64,000 nt of DNA from Clostridiales bacterium. GTDB taxonomy: Bacteria; Bacillota; Clostridia; Lachnospirales; Lachnospiraceae. The notes beneath the pieces are model-generated. The model was not told the origin of the DNA. It saw only the letters and a list, made by a program, of their open reading frames with translations, and did not search any database. Location: assembly GCA_022778745.1 (NCBI GenBank), contig JALFSR010000015.1:18665-82664 (forward strand). The letters are read 5' to 3'. Shown here one piece after another: positions 28,297-38,606 of the stretch. Each line of letters opens with the position of its first letter. The stretch's first letter is position 1. Both the position numbers and the translations under genes were made by a program.

Positions 28297-28793
28297 ATGG
28301 GTTTCATCATAAAAAAATTTGAGAAAACAGATATTCCTGTAATGATTGATATTTGGAATGAAGTTGTGAAAGATGGAATTGCATTTCCGCAGATGGAGCT
28401 ATTGGATGAAACAAGTGGATATGATATGAATTTTTTGCTTCCCAATCGTTTACTGGAGTTGCAAAGGATCAAGAAACAGGAAAGATTTATGGACTTTATA
28501 TATTGCATCCAAATAATGTTGGAAGATGCGGACATATTGCAAATGCAAGTTATGCGGTAAAATCAGGATTTAGAGGAAATCATATCGGAGAATTGCTTGT
28601 ATGTGACTGTAGAGAAAAGGCAAAAGAATTTGGATTTCGTATTTTGCAGTTCAATGCAGTAGTAAAGACGAATCATTCGGCAAGACATTTGTATGAAAAA
28701 TTAGGTTTTACACCGCTTGGAACGATTCCAGGAGGATTTCTTATGAAAGATGGACAGTATGAAGATATTGTGCCATATTACTATGTATTATAA
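28297..28793 (+). pseudogene. GNAT acetyltransferase frameshifted by a 5-bp tandem duplication
   Basis: ATATG occurs twice (28419-28428). Removing one copy joins the 28297 and 28503 frames into a 163-aa GNAT (WNEVVKDGIAFPQ...GYEFFASQSFTGVA...LYILHPNNVGRCGHIANASY...QFNAVV...LYEKLGF). Confidence 0.85.
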
Positions 28794-28871
28794 TTTATGC
28801 CTAAAATACAAAAAATAGTTCAAATAGATATAGTATGAGATAAAATAACAAGATATTCAGGAGGAAAAACT

Positions 28872-29678
28872 ATGATCCGTTTTATTGCGTCAGATATTGA
28901 TGGTACACTTGTAGCAGATGGAAATACAAATATTAATCCAGAAATCTTTACATTAATCCCAGAATTAAAGAAGATGGGAATTCATTTTACAGCAGCAAGC
29001 GGAAGACAATATGGAAGTGTGTCAAAATTATTTTCGCCTGTAAAAGATGATATATTTTTTGTTGTAGAAAACGGAGGATTAATCCGCACTTCTTCTAAGA
29101 AAATCGCATCGACTTTAATGAAAAAGGAATATGTCAGACAGATTATTGAAGAGGCAAGACAAATTCCAAATTGTGAGCTTTTGCTTTGCCTAGAAGATAT
29201 TTCTCTAGTAGAGTCAAAGGATCAAAATTATATTGATTTTCTGCGTTATGGATATAATAACGATATTGAAGTAGTAAAAGATTTACTGGCAGTTGATCAG
29301 CCTATTTTAAAAGTATCTTTGTATAATGAAAATGATATTGAAACTTGTGCGGGTCATATGATTGAATCGTGGAATCATACGCTGAAGGCAACTCTTGCAG
29401 GAAAGCAGTGGATTGACTTTATGAATCCAGTAGTGAATAAGGGTGCGGGATTAAAGCAGCTTCAGCAATATTTAAATGTGAAGCCAGAAGAGACAATGGT
29501 GTTTGGTGATCAGCTTAATGATATTGAAATGATGCATCAGGCAAAATATAGCTTTGCAGTAGAGTCTGCGAGAGAGGAGACGAAACGTGCGGCAAGTGCA
29601 ATTTGCGGTTCGTATAAAAATGATGGCGTAATTGAGGTTTTGAGAAAATTGGTGGAACAAGGCGGCGTTTGGGAATAA
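28872..29678 (+). CDS. Cof-type HAD hydrolase
   Basis: IASDIDGTL, AASGRQY, ENGG, NKGAGL, VFGDQLNDIEM. Confidence 0.93.
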   Translation: MIRFIASDIDGTLVADGNTNINPEIFTLIPELKKMGIHFTAASGRQYGSVSKLFSPVKDDIFFVVENGGLIRTSSKKIASTLMKKEYVRQIIEEARQIPNCELLLCLEDISLVESKDQNYIDFLRYGYNNDIEVVKDLLAVDQPILKVSLYNENDIETCAGHMIESWNHTLKATLAGKQWIDFMNPVVNKGAGLKQLQQYLNVKPEETMVFGDQLNDIEMMHQAKYSFAVESAREETKRAASAICGSYKNDGVIEVLRKLVEQGGVWE

Positions 29679-29863
29679 AATACAAAAATCCTGTCATAAT
29701 AAAGAAAATTTAGACTACTTTTCTCTGATTTTCACAAAAAAATAAAAAAAACAGCGGAACAATTTTAGAAAACCAGTAGGAAAACATACCATTTTATGGT
29801 ATACTTAAAAACAATGCTTTGGGAAAAGCATAAAATGAAGTGACAGGAGGAAGAAATAATTCT

Positions 29864-30670
29864 ATGGAATTAAGATTATGGAAAGAACGATTACATCCAT
29901 ATGAGCTTGCAGTAGATGAACTAGTAATGAAACTGCAGTTTGTAATAAAAGAACATATGGATTGTGGTGTCTACTGCCCAATTGAAAATGTCAACGGAAG
30001 AGTAAAATCAATGTCGAGTATTTTATCGAAAGCGGAACGCAAAGGAATTCCTGTAGATGAAGTACAAGACAGAATTGAAGATATTGCAGGAATACGTATT
30101 ATTTGTCAGTTTGAGGAAGATATTTATCAAGTAGTAGAATATCTTCGATCAAGAACAGATATGAAAGTGACAAGTGAAGTAGATTATATTACACATCCAA
30201 AACCAAGTGGATACCGCAGCTATCATATGGTAATTGAGTATCAGGTTCAAACAAGTTTTGAGTCTTGTACAATTCCTGTAGAGATTCAGATTCGTACGTT
30301 GGCGATGGATTTTTGGGCAGTGATTGAGCATTCTTTGCAATATAAGTATGAGCAAAGAATTCCAGACCGAATTCGCAGGCGCTTGATGTCATCAGCAGAA
30401 GCGGTTATTTCTCTTGATGAGGAGATGATGGCAATTCGAGATGAGATTAAAGAAGCACAGGCAGCATTTCACAAAAAAGCGAATTTAGTGCAGGAGATTA
30501 TGAATAGTCTTGGTGTATTAAGTAAGACTGTATCACAAGAGACGGTTCTTACATTGCAAGATCGCTTTTTTAAATTGTACAATCAAGGAAAAATAGAAGA
30601 ATTAAAACAATTGAGAGATGAAGTGGATTTGTTATGTAAAATGCAGTTGCAAGAAAAGCTGCATCTATGA
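29864..30670 (+). CDS. Small alarmone synthetase (RelQ/YjbM-type GTP pyrophosphokinase)
   Basis: GRVKSMSSILSK, EDIAGIRIICQF, PKPSGYRSYH, VEIQIRTLAMDFWAVIEHSLQYK. Confidence 0.92.
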   Translation: MELRLWKERLHPYELAVDELVMKLQFVIKEHMDCGVYCPIENVNGRVKSMSSILSKAERKGIPVDEVQDRIEDIAGIRIICQFEEDIYQVVEYLRSRTDMKVTSEVDYITHPKPSGYRSYHMVIEYQVQTSFESCTIPVEIQIRTLAMDFWAVIEHSLQYKYEQRIPDRIRRRLMSSAEAVISLDEEMMAIRDEIKEAQAAFHKKANLVQEIMNSLGVLSKTVSQETVLTLQDRFFKLYNQGKIEELKQLRDEVDLLCKMQLQEKLHL

Positions 30671-30727
30671 TAATTAAGCAGATAGTTACGTCTGCTTATA
30701 TACATAACAAGAAGATGGAGTGAAAAA

Positions 30728-32107
30728 ATGAACTTACCAGAATCATTTCAGGAACAAATGAAACGACTGCTGAAAGAAGAATATGAAGATTATATTCACA
30801 GTTTTGAACAGACACGAGTATATGGACTGCGTGTCAATACATCAAAAATATCGACAGAACAATTTGAGCAGTTATGTCCGTTTTCCATTCATAAAATTCC
30901 GTGGACTCCAAATGGATATTATTATGAAGGAACGGAAAAACCGGCAAAACATCCGTATTATTTTGCCGGTTTATATTATTTACAGGAGCCATCAGCGATG
31001 ACACCAGCACATTTACTTCCGATTGAGCCAGGAGATCGTGTGTTAGATGTATGCGCTGCACCTGGCGGAAAAAGTACAGAGCTGGCGGCAAAATTAAACG
31101 GAACAGGGTTGCTTGTAAGCAATGATATTAGTAATTCCAGAGCAAAAGCATTGTTAAAAAATTTGGAGTTGTTTGGAGTATCGAATGCAATTGTGATGAG
31201 TGAAAGTCCGCATAAGCTTGCAGACCGATTTCCGCAATATTTTGACAAAATTTTAATTGATGCACCGTGTTCTGGAGAAGGAATGTTTCGCAAAGAGCCA
31301 GCGGTAATAAAAAGCTGGTTGGAACATGGCAATGAATTCTATGCGAAATTGCAAAGAGAAATTGTGACGGATGCATTAAAAATGCTTCGTCCAGGCGGAA
31401 TGCTTTTATATTCGACTTGTACGTTTTCACCGCTTGAAAATGAAGCGACAGTGCAGTATATGATGGAGATTTGTCCAGAGTTGGAAATTGTTCCAGTTGA
31501 ACGATATGAGGGGTTTGGACAGGGACTTTCTGCACAAGTAAATGGAGATGAATCGTTAAAAGAATGCGTTAGAATTTGGCCGCATAAGATGAAAGGGGAA
31601 GGACATTTCCTTGTATTATTAAAAAAAGGAGAGGGAAGTCGCGAACCGCGGAAAACGAAAAAAGAAACACCTGCTAAATTTTTAGAAAAACAGCAAGAAT
31701 TAGCTGCATTCCTTAAAAATACAACAATTGAGTTTGATAATTCGCGTCTGGAAATGCGAGGAGAAAAAGTCGTTTATTTATCAGAATGTGAGCAAAACTT
31801 AAATGGATTGCGTATTATGCGGTCGGGACTTTTACTTGGAGAATGCAAGAAAAACCGTTTTGAGCCAAGTCAGGCATTCGCAATGGCATTGAAAAAAGAA
31901 CAGTATAAGCAAGTGATTGATTTTTCGATCAGTGATCCGAGAGTAATCAAATACTTAAAAGGTGAGACGTTGGAAGTCGATGATCTTGTTGACCGTCCAT
32001 TAAAAGGATGGCAGCTAATCTGTGTGGATGGATATCCGCTTGGATTTGCGAAGGCAAATCGCACAATATTGAAAAATAAATATCTTGCAGGATGGCGGTG
32101 GCAATAA
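30728..32107 (+). CDS. rsmF: RsmF/RsmB-family rRNA m5C methyltransferase
   Basis: YYLQEPSAM, VLDVCAAPGGKST, ILIDAPCSGEGMFRK, YSTCTFSPLENE. Confidence 0.9.
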   Translation: MNLPESFQEQMKRLLKEEYEDYIHSFEQTRVYGLRVNTSKISTEQFEQLCPFSIHKIPWTPNGYYYEGTEKPAKHPYYFAGLYYLQEPSAMTPAHLLPIEPGDRVLDVCAAPGGKSTELAAKLNGTGLLVSNDISNSRAKALLKNLELFGVSNAIVMSESPHKLADRFPQYFDKILIDAPCSGEGMFRKEPAVIKSWLEHGNEFYAKLQREIVTDALKMLRPGGMLLYSTCTFSPLENEATVQYMMEICPELEIVPVERYEGFGQGLSAQVNGDESLKECVRIWPHKMKGEGHFLVLLKKGEGSREPRKTKKETPAKFLEKQQELAAFLKNTTIEFDNSRLEMRGEKVVYLSECEQNLNGLRIMRSGLLLGECKKNRFEPSQAFAMALKKEQYKQVIDFSISDPRVIKYLKGETLEVDDLVDRPLKGWQLICVDGYPLGFAKANRTILKNKYLAGWRWQ

Positions 32108-32817
32108 TGGCAAAACTGCGTTTAGATAAATATTTAGCAGAGATGGGATGTGGCACACGAAGCCAAGTAAAAGAAGCGATCCGAAAGGGAAGAGCCTGCA
32201 TCAATGGTGAGCCTGTAAAATCGGTGGACAGAAAAGTTGATACAACGACAGATCAGGTCATGTTTGATAAACAGCCAGTTTCTTATGTGGAAATGGAATA
32301 TTATATGTTGAATAAGCCAGCAGGTGTTGTGTCTGCGACAGAAGATCACCGTCACAAAACGGTACTTGATTGTATTCATCAAAAACAGCGCAGCGATTTA
32401 TTTCCAGTTGGACGATTGGACATTGATACGGAAGGTCTTCTTTTAATTACAAATGATGGTGCATTATGTCATCAATTGCTTTCACCAAAGAAACATGTAG
32501 ACAAATGTTATTATGTGGAAACTAGTGAGAATATTCCAGAAGAGACAGCGGCATTGTTCTGCGAGGGGGTTGATATTGGAGAACAGACGTTGACGTTACC
32601 AGCAAAATTAGAACTTTTATCACCGACAAGCGCTTATATAACGATTTGTGAAGGAAAATTTCATCAAGTAAAACGGATGTTTGAAGCAGTTGGAACAAAA
32701 GTAACATATTTAAAACGACTGTCAATGGGCAGTCTTGTGCTTGATTCGTCATTGGCATATGGAGAGTATCGCACATTGACAGATTCTGAGATTCGTGCAT
32801 TAAAAGGAGAGGTTTGA
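32107..32817 (+). CDS. RsuA-family pseudouridine synthase
   Basis: S4 domain RLDKYL, NKPAGVVSAT, FPVGRLDIDTEGLLLITNDG, EGKFHQVKRMF. Confidence 0.92.
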   Translation: MAKLRLDKYLAEMGCGTRSQVKEAIRKGRACINGEPVKSVDRKVDTTTDQVMFDKQPVSYVEMEYYMLNKPAGVVSATEDHRHKTVLDCIHQKQRSDLFPVGRLDIDTEGLLLITNDGALCHQLLSPKKHVDKCYYVETSENIPEETAALFCEGVDIGEQTLTLPAKLELLSPTSAYITICEGKFHQVKRMFEAVGTKVTYLKRLSMGSLVLDSSLAYGEYRTLTDSEIRALKGEV

Positions 32818-33476
32818 TGAAGATAAAAGCAGTTATTTTTGATCTGGATGGTACGCTGGTAGATTCAATGTGGATGTGGAAGCAGATTGATATTGAATTT
32901 CTCGGTCGGTATGGGTTTGATGTGCCAGATGATTTGGAACGAATCATAGAGGGAATGAGCTTTTCAGAAACAGCAGTTTATTTTAAAGAGCGATTTGAAC
33001 TTCCACTTACATTAGAAGAAATTAAAACAATATGGAACGAGATGGCATTTGATAAATATTCCAATGAAGTGCCGTTAAAACAAGGAGCCGCAGAGTTTTT
33101 ACATTATTTAAGTGAAAAAAAGATAGTGATGGGAATTGCTACGAGTAACTCAAGAGTATTAGTTGATGCAGTGACGAAGGCACTTCATATTGAGCATTAT
33201 TTTGCTTCGATTACGACGGCATGTGAAGTAAAAGCTGGAAAACCTGCACCAGATATTTATTATAAAGTGGCAGATGATTTGAATGTGAGACCAGAACAGT
33301 GCGTTGTGTTTGAAGACGTACCAGCTGGGATTTTAGCAGGAAAACGTGCAGGAATGAAAGTGTATGCAGTAGAAGATGCATTTTCTAATGATTTAAAGTG
33401 CGAAAAGATAGAATTAGCAGATGGGTATGTGAGCGATTATCGTGATGTAATAACAGAGTGGGAACAGACATCATAG
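32817..33476 (+). CDS. HAD-family hydrolase (beta-PGM-like)
   Basis: IFDLDGTLVDS, IATSN, GKPAPDIY, VFED. Confidence 0.92.
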   Translation: MKIKAVIFDLDGTLVDSMWMWKQIDIEFLGRYGFDVPDDLERIIEGMSFSETAVYFKERFELPLTLEEIKTIWNEMAFDKYSNEVPLKQGAAEFLHYLSEKKIVMGIATSNSRVLVDAVTKALHIEHYFASITTACEVKAGKPAPDIYYKVADDLNVRPEQCVVFEDVPAGILAGKRAGMKVYAVEDAFSNDLKCEKIELADGYVSDYRDVITEWEQTS

Positions 33477-33488
33477 GAGGTGTCCATT

Positions 33489-34265
33489 ATGAGAAATATA
33501 GCAATTGTGACAGGCGCATCGTCAGGATTTGGAAGAGAGTTTGTAATGCAAATTGCAAAAAAATACCAAGGTCTGAATCAAATATGGGCGATTGCACGAA
33601 GAGGGGAACGGTTAGAAAAGCTTGCAAGAGATGTGATGTGTGAGGCTGGTGTAAGAGTTATTCCAGTTGTCATGGATTTGCTTGATGGAACACAAATGGA
33701 TGAGTTAGAACGGATGCTTTGTCAAGAGGAAGTAAATGTGCGAATGCTTGTCAATTGTGCTGGATTTGGAAAAATCGGCATCGTTCGGCGGCAAAACACG
33801 AAAGATTTGCTTGATATGGTTCGTTTGAATTGTGAATCGTTGACGGCAGTGACAAAAACAGTGCTTCCATTTATGCCGCCGAGAAGTCGGATCATTCAAG
33901 TGGCATCTGCCGCTGCCTATTTGCCTCAGCCTGGATTTTCAGTCTACGCTGCGACAAAAACATATGTATATAGTTTTTCAAAATCGCTGCATGAAGAACT
34001 GCGTTCTTCACAAATTACGGTGACAGCTGTCTGCCCAGGACCTGCAGACACCGAATTTTTTCAAACTGCTGCGATGGATAAACCGCAGCCTTCTTATAAG
34101 AAGCTTTTCTTTTCTGAACCGAAAAAAATTGTTGCAAAAGCGATACGAGATTGTGCGAGAGGAAAAAACGAATCTGTTTATGGAATTGCAATGAAAGCAG
34201 TAAAAATTGTTGCAAAACTCATTCCAAATAATTGGATCATTCGTATTATGGGGTGGATACAATAA
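33489..34265 (+). CDS. Short-chain dehydrogenase/reductase
   Basis: VTGASSGFG, NCAGFG, ASAAA, YAATK, VCPGP. Confidence 0.92.
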   Translation: MRNIAIVTGASSGFGREFVMQIAKKYQGLNQIWAIARRGERLEKLARDVMCEAGVRVIPVVMDLLDGTQMDELERMLCQEEVNVRMLVNCAGFGKIGIVRRQNTKDLLDMVRLNCESLTAVTKTVLPFMPPRSRIIQVASAAAYLPQPGFSVYAATKTYVYSFSKSLHEELRSSQITVTAVCPGPADTEFFQTAAMDKPQPSYKKLFFSEPKKIVAKAIRDCARGKNESVYGIAMKAVKIVAKLIPNNWIIRIMGWIQ

Positions 34266-34282
34266 TAGAAAGGAAACAAAAG

Positions 34283-34855
34283 ATGTGGAGTAAAATAACA
34301 AAGGGACATTATGGTTATTTGCGGGCAAGAAAACGGACATTGCTTATACGAACAACAATATTATTGATTGGTATTATTGCATTGCTGATTATGGGTATTG
34401 CATTGACAGATACAAAGAAAAATCTTCTCACAGTCGCAGCAGTTGTGTCTGTTTTGCCAGCAGCAAATCAGGCAGTTGTATTGATTGCAGTGTTTCCTTA
34501 TCATGGAAGAGAAAAAGAAGAATATGAATCTGTGCGTGCCATTGTCTCGAAAGGCTTGCTGAATACAGAACTTGTTATTACATCAAAAAACGAAAAAAGT
34601 ATGCAGTTAGACTATGCATATATTCATCCAACAGGCGTATATTGCTTTAGTTTTGATCCAAAACTGGACTGTACAAAGACGGAGCGATATATTCAGTTAA
34701 TGATGAAAAATAATAGTTTGCAGACACATGTAAAGGTGTTCCGAGAATTTAAACAGTTTAAAAAGCGATTGACAGAGCTAGAGCCAGTCGATCGTGACAC
34801 TTGTGAAGAAAAATTGCTAAAAATAGAAGGAGTGTTGCGAGCGATTGCAATTTAA
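34283..34855 (+). CDS. Hypothetical membrane-anchored protein
   Basis: AAAGGA RBS; two N-terminal hydrophobic segments; lies within the operon. Confidence 0.75.
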   Translation: MWSKITKGHYGYLRARKRTLLIRTTILLIGIIALLIMGIALTDTKKNLLTVAAVVSVLPAANQAVVLIAVFPYHGREKEEYESVRAIVSKGLLNTELVITSKNEKSMQLDYAYIHPTGVYCFSFDPKLDCTKTERYIQLMMKNNSLQTHVKVFREFKQFKKRLTELEPVDRDTCEEKLLKIEGVLRAIAI

Positions 34856-34867
34856 TGGAGAATTTAT

Positions 34868-35869
34868 ATGAAGCAAATTTCAGTAAATAAAAATGAAGCA
34901 GGGCAGCGACTTGATAAGCTGCTCGCCAAATATTTAAACTTAGCACCGAAAAGTTTCCTTTATAAAATGCTGCGTAAAAAAAATATTACATTAAATGGAA
35001 AAAAGGCAAATGGAAATGAAATGCTTGTTCAAGGAGATGAGATAAAAATTTTTTTATCGGATGAAACGTTTGATAAGTTTTCAAAAATCCAAGTACAGCA
35101 TGTGTCGGTCTCTGATCTGGATATTATATATGAAGATTCCAATATTTTAATTTTAAATAAGCCAGCAGGAATGCTTTCACAAAAAGCAGCTGCATCAGAT
35201 GTATCTATGGTGGAAAAAGTCATCAATTATATGTTAGAGACAAAAAAATTATCAAAAGAAGATCTGCGCCTGTTTCAGCCTGGAATATGCAACAGACTTG
35301 ATCGAAATACAAGTGGACTTTTAATTGCAGGAGTATCTTTGACGGGATTGCAGACGATGGCAAAATTGTTAAAAACCCGTACGATACATAAATATTATTA
35401 CTGTATTGTAACAGGAGTGATTAAGCAAAAACAGCGGATCAAAGGTTATTTGACAAAAAAGGAAGCGACAAATAAAGTCGTCATTACAGAGAAGCCGATC
35501 TCCGAGCAGTCTCAGTGGATTGAGACAGAATATACACCATTGTCAGACAATGGGACAGTGACATTATTGGAAGTATGGCTGATTACAGGACGTTCCCATC
35601 AAATTCGTGCTCATTTAGCTTCAATTGGTCACCCAATTATTGGAGACGATAAGTATGGAGTAAGAAAGATTAATGAAACATATTGGAAAAAATATTATTT
35701 AAATTATCAGCTTCTTCATGCTGCCCGCATTCAGATGCCTGAAATGGAAGGAGAGTTTGCATTACTTTCCAATAAAACCTTCTATGCACCGCCTCCAAAG
35801 CTGTTTTCTGATATTATGAATGCAGAACGAGTCGTTCCTAAAAACAGCAGCTTAGTTATAAAAAATTAG
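34868..35869 (+). CDS. RluA/RluC-family pseudouridine synthase
   Basis: AGQRLDK, LNKPAGMLSQ, NRLDRNTSG, TGRSHQIRAHL...PIIGDDKYG. Confidence 0.92.
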   Translation: MKQISVNKNEAGQRLDKLLAKYLNLAPKSFLYKMLRKKNITLNGKKANGNEMLVQGDEIKIFLSDETFDKFSKIQVQHVSVSDLDIIYEDSNILILNKPAGMLSQKAAASDVSMVEKVINYMLETKKLSKEDLRLFQPGICNRLDRNTSGLLIAGVSLTGLQTMAKLLKTRTIHKYYYCIVTGVIKQKQRIKGYLTKKEATNKVVITEKPISEQSQWIETEYTPLSDNGTVTLLEVWLITGRSHQIRAHLASIGHPIIGDDKYGVRKINETYWKKYYLNYQLLHAARIQMPEMEGEFALLSNKTFYAPPPKLFSDIMNAERVVPKNSSLVIKN

Positions 35870-35934
35870 TAAAGCAAATTGCAAATATTCACTTTACTCG
35901 TATCAGTAGGCTTAGAAAAAAGAAAGGAAGATAA

Positions 35935-36468
35935 ATGGCGACATGGAGTTCAAGAGGGCTAAGAGGGTCTGCTCTGGAAGAGATGATTAATTATACAAAT
36001 GAACAGTATTTAATAAAAAAATTAGCGTTAATCCAGAAGATTCCGACACCGATTAAGCCGATTCGGATTGAAAAAGAGACAAGACATATTACACTTGCTT
36101 ATTTTGACCAAAAAAGTACTGTTGATTATATTGGAGCAGTGCAGGGAATTCCTGTTTGTTTTGATGCAAAAGAGACAGCAGTTTCTGTTTTTCCGCTTCA
36201 AAATATTCATGAACATCAAGTAGAATTTATGAAAAACTTTGAGCAGCAAGAGGGAATTGCATTTATTATTTTATACTATACTCATCTTCATGAAGCATAT
36301 TATGTTCCATTTCGAGATATTTTATATTTTTGGGAGCGATCGAAAAGAGGTGGAAGAAAAAGTTTTACTTATGATGAAATCGATAAAACATATCGGATTG
36401 CAATTGAAGGGGGAGTATATTTAAAATATTTAGAAACATTGCAATTGGATCTATTGTCAAGAAATTAA
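35935..36468 (+). CDS. recU: Holliday junction resolvase RecU
   Basis: GLRGSALEEMIN, QKIPTPI, KSTVDYIG, FDAKET, HEHQ. Confidence 0.94.
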   Translation: MATWSSRGLRGSALEEMINYTNEQYLIKKLALIQKIPTPIKPIRIEKETRHITLAYFDQKSTVDYIGAVQGIPVCFDAKETAVSVFPLQNIHEHQVEFMKNFEQQEGIAFIILYYTHLHEAYYVPFRDILYFWERSKRGGRKSFTYDEIDKTYRIAIEGGVYLKYLETLQLDLLSRN

Positions 36469-36530
36469 GAAAAATAGGGAAGCAGTGAAGCGGATTTTGA
36501 AATGTTCGCATTGCTTTGAGAAGATAGGGA

Positions 36531-36559
36531 TTGACAAAGAAGATGTTTTTCGGTATAAT
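36531..36559 (+). promoter_or_regulatory. Consensus sigma-A promoter of the his operon
   Basis: TTGACA-17 bp-TATAAT, just after a recU terminator-like hairpin (about 36480-36516). Confidence 0.85.
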
Positions 36560-36586
36560 TCACATGTTATTACGGCGTTATAGTAT

Positions 36587-36606
36587 CACGTTAATACGAT
36601 AAAGTA
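36587..36606. promoter_or_regulatory. Putative HisR (YerC/TrpR-like) operator
   Basis: CACGTTAATACGATAAAGTA fits the palindrome YACTTTA-N6-TAAAGTR with one mismatch, downstream of the his promoter. Confidence 0.55.
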
Positions 36607-36662
36607 AAAGAAACAGATTTTGAATGTCTGTTTTACGCCGCAAGAAGAAAGGATTCGAGAGA

Positions 36663-37928
36663 ATGAGTAAAGAGTTATTACATACACCAGATGGAGTAAG
36701 AGATATTTACAATCTGGAGTGTGCGAAAAAAGATACGGTACAAGAAAAAATTTCAAAAGTAATGAAACGATATGGATATCGTAATATTCAGACACCGACG
36801 TTTGAATTTTTTGATATTTTCAAAAAGGAACGAGGCAGTGTGATCTCAAAGGAAATGTTTAAATTTTTTGATAGAGATAATGAGACACTTGTATTACGTC
36901 CAGATATTACACCATCCATCGCACGTTCGGTTGCAAAATATTTTATGGATGAAGATATGCCAATTCGTCTTTCTTATTGTGGAAATACATTCATCAATCA
37001 GTCAAGTTATCAGGGACGTCTGAGAGAAAAGACGCAGATTGGTGCGGAATTAATTGGAGATGTGACTGGTGATGCCGATGCCGAGATGCCGGCAATGCTG
37101 ATTGATTGTCTGTTACAGGCAGGGTTGAATGGTTTCCAAGTAGAAATTGGTCATATCGACTTTTTTAACGGGTTAATGGAAGCTGCAAAACTTGATGAAG
37201 ATGATCAGGAGTATCTGCGTACATTAATTGAAAATAAAAACTATTTTGGTGTAGAAAACTTGCTTTCGGAAAAGAAAATGGAAATAGATGTAAAAACTGC
37301 GATCTTAGAGATGCCAAAAATGTTTGGAAATATTGATCAAATCCGTGAAGCAAAGGCTCTTGTAAAAAATATTCCTGTTTCGCTCGCTGCAATTGAGGCA
37401 TTGGAAGAATTATATGGTGTGCTGACAATGTATGGAGTGGAACGTTATATTACATTTGACCTCGGTATGCTTGGAAGTTTCCAGTATTATACAGGAATTA
37501 TTTTCAAAGCTTATACATATGGAACAGGAGATGCGATCGCTACTGGTGGTCGTTATGATGAACTGTTAATGCAGTTTGGAAAAAAGGCAGCATCCATTGG
37601 ATTTGGTATTAATCTGGATGCGCTGATGACGGCAATGGAGCGTCAGAAAATTGAAGTAAAGACGGAGATTGCTGCAACAATTTTATTATATGACCGAAAG
37701 CAAAAGAAGTGTGCTATTTCACTTGCCTCCCACCTTCGTTCAAAAGGACTGAATCTTCAGCTGATGAAAAAATATTATGAAAAGTCGGTAAAAGATTATA
37801 TGGAATATGCAAAACGCAGTTATATTAAAGAGATTTTCTATATTGATGAGACTGGAGAAACCGTAAAGAAAATCACACTTGATGGAGGAGATGTCCATAC
37901 AGTAGAACTTGCAGAGTTATTGCAGTGA
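36663..37928 (+). CDS. hisZ: ATP phosphoribosyltransferase regulatory subunit
   Basis: [42 protein letters not shown]. Confidence 0.95.
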   Translation: MSKELLHTPDGVRDIYNLECAKKDTVQEKISKVMKRYGYRNIQTPTFEFFDIFKKERGSVISKEMFKFFDRDNETLVLRPDITPSIARSVAKYFMDEDMPIRLSYCGNTFINQSSYQGRLREKTQIGAELIGDVTGDADAEMPAMLIDCLLQAGLNGFQVEIGHIDFFNGLMEAAKLDEDDQEYLRTLIENKNYFGVENLLSEKKMEIDVKTAILEMPKMFGNIDQIREAKALVKNIPVSLAAIEALEELYGVLTMYGVERYITFDLGMLGSFQYYTGIIFKAYTYGTGDAIATGGRYDELLMQFGKKAASIGFGINLDALMTAMERQKIEVKTEIAATILLYDRKQKKCAISLASHLRSKGLNLQLMKKYYEKSVKDYMEYAKRSYIKEIFYIDETGETVKKITLDGGDVHTVELAELLQ

Positions 37929-37948
37929 CAGGAAAGGTGGATAATACA

Positions 37949-38593
37949 ATGAAATATATTACATTTGCACTTGCAAAGGGGCGTTTGGCAATGAATACGC
38001 TCGCACTTTTAGAGAAAATTGGAATTACATGTGAAGAGATGAAAGATAAATCGTCTCGTAAATTAATTTTTGTAAATGAAGAATTAAAGCTGAAATTCTT
38101 TTTATCAAAAGCATCAGATGTTCCTACTTATGTGGAGTATGGTGCGGCTGATATCGGAGTAGTTGGAAAAGATACGATATTGGAAGAAGGAAGAAAATTA
38201 TATGAAGTGCTGGATTTAAATATGGGAAAATGCCGTATGTGCGTTGCAGGACCAGAATCTGCGAAAGAATTATTGCAGCATCATGAAATGATTCGTGTCG
38301 CTTCCAAATATCCACATATTGCAAAAGATTATTTTTATAACAAAAAACATCAGACAGTGGAGATTATTAAGCTGAATGGTTCAGTAGAACTTGCTCCAAT
38401 TGTAGGTCTTTCTGAAGTAATTGTCGATATTGTAGAAACAGGTTCGACATTGAGGGAGAACGGACTGCAAGTGCTTGAAGAGATTTGTCCATTATCAGCA
38501 CGGGTTGTTGTCAACCAAGTAAGTATGAAGATGGAAAATGAACGAATCAGTAAAATTATTAATGAATTAAGAAAAGTAATTGAAACGAATTAA
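37949..38593 (+). CDS. hisG: ATP phosphoribosyltransferase (short form)
   Basis: [51 protein letters not shown]. Confidence 0.96.
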   Translation: MKYITFALAKGRLAMNTLALLEKIGITCEEMKDKSSRKLIFVNEELKLKFFLSKASDVPTYVEYGAADIGVVGKDTILEEGRKLYEVLDLNMGKCRMCVAGPESAKELLQHHEMIRVASKYPHIAKDYFYNKKHQTVEIIKLNGSVELAPIVGLSEVIVDIVETGSTLRENGLQVLEEICPLSARVVVNQVSMKMENERISKIINELRKVIETN

Positions 38594-38606
38594 GGGAGGA
38601 TTAACC

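Noticed and set aside
36560-36662. T-box or His leader-peptide attenuator before hisZ
   Set aside because: The leader is too short, has no T-box AGGGTGGNACCGCG motif and no His-codon run; only a small AAACAGA/TCTGTTT stem is present.
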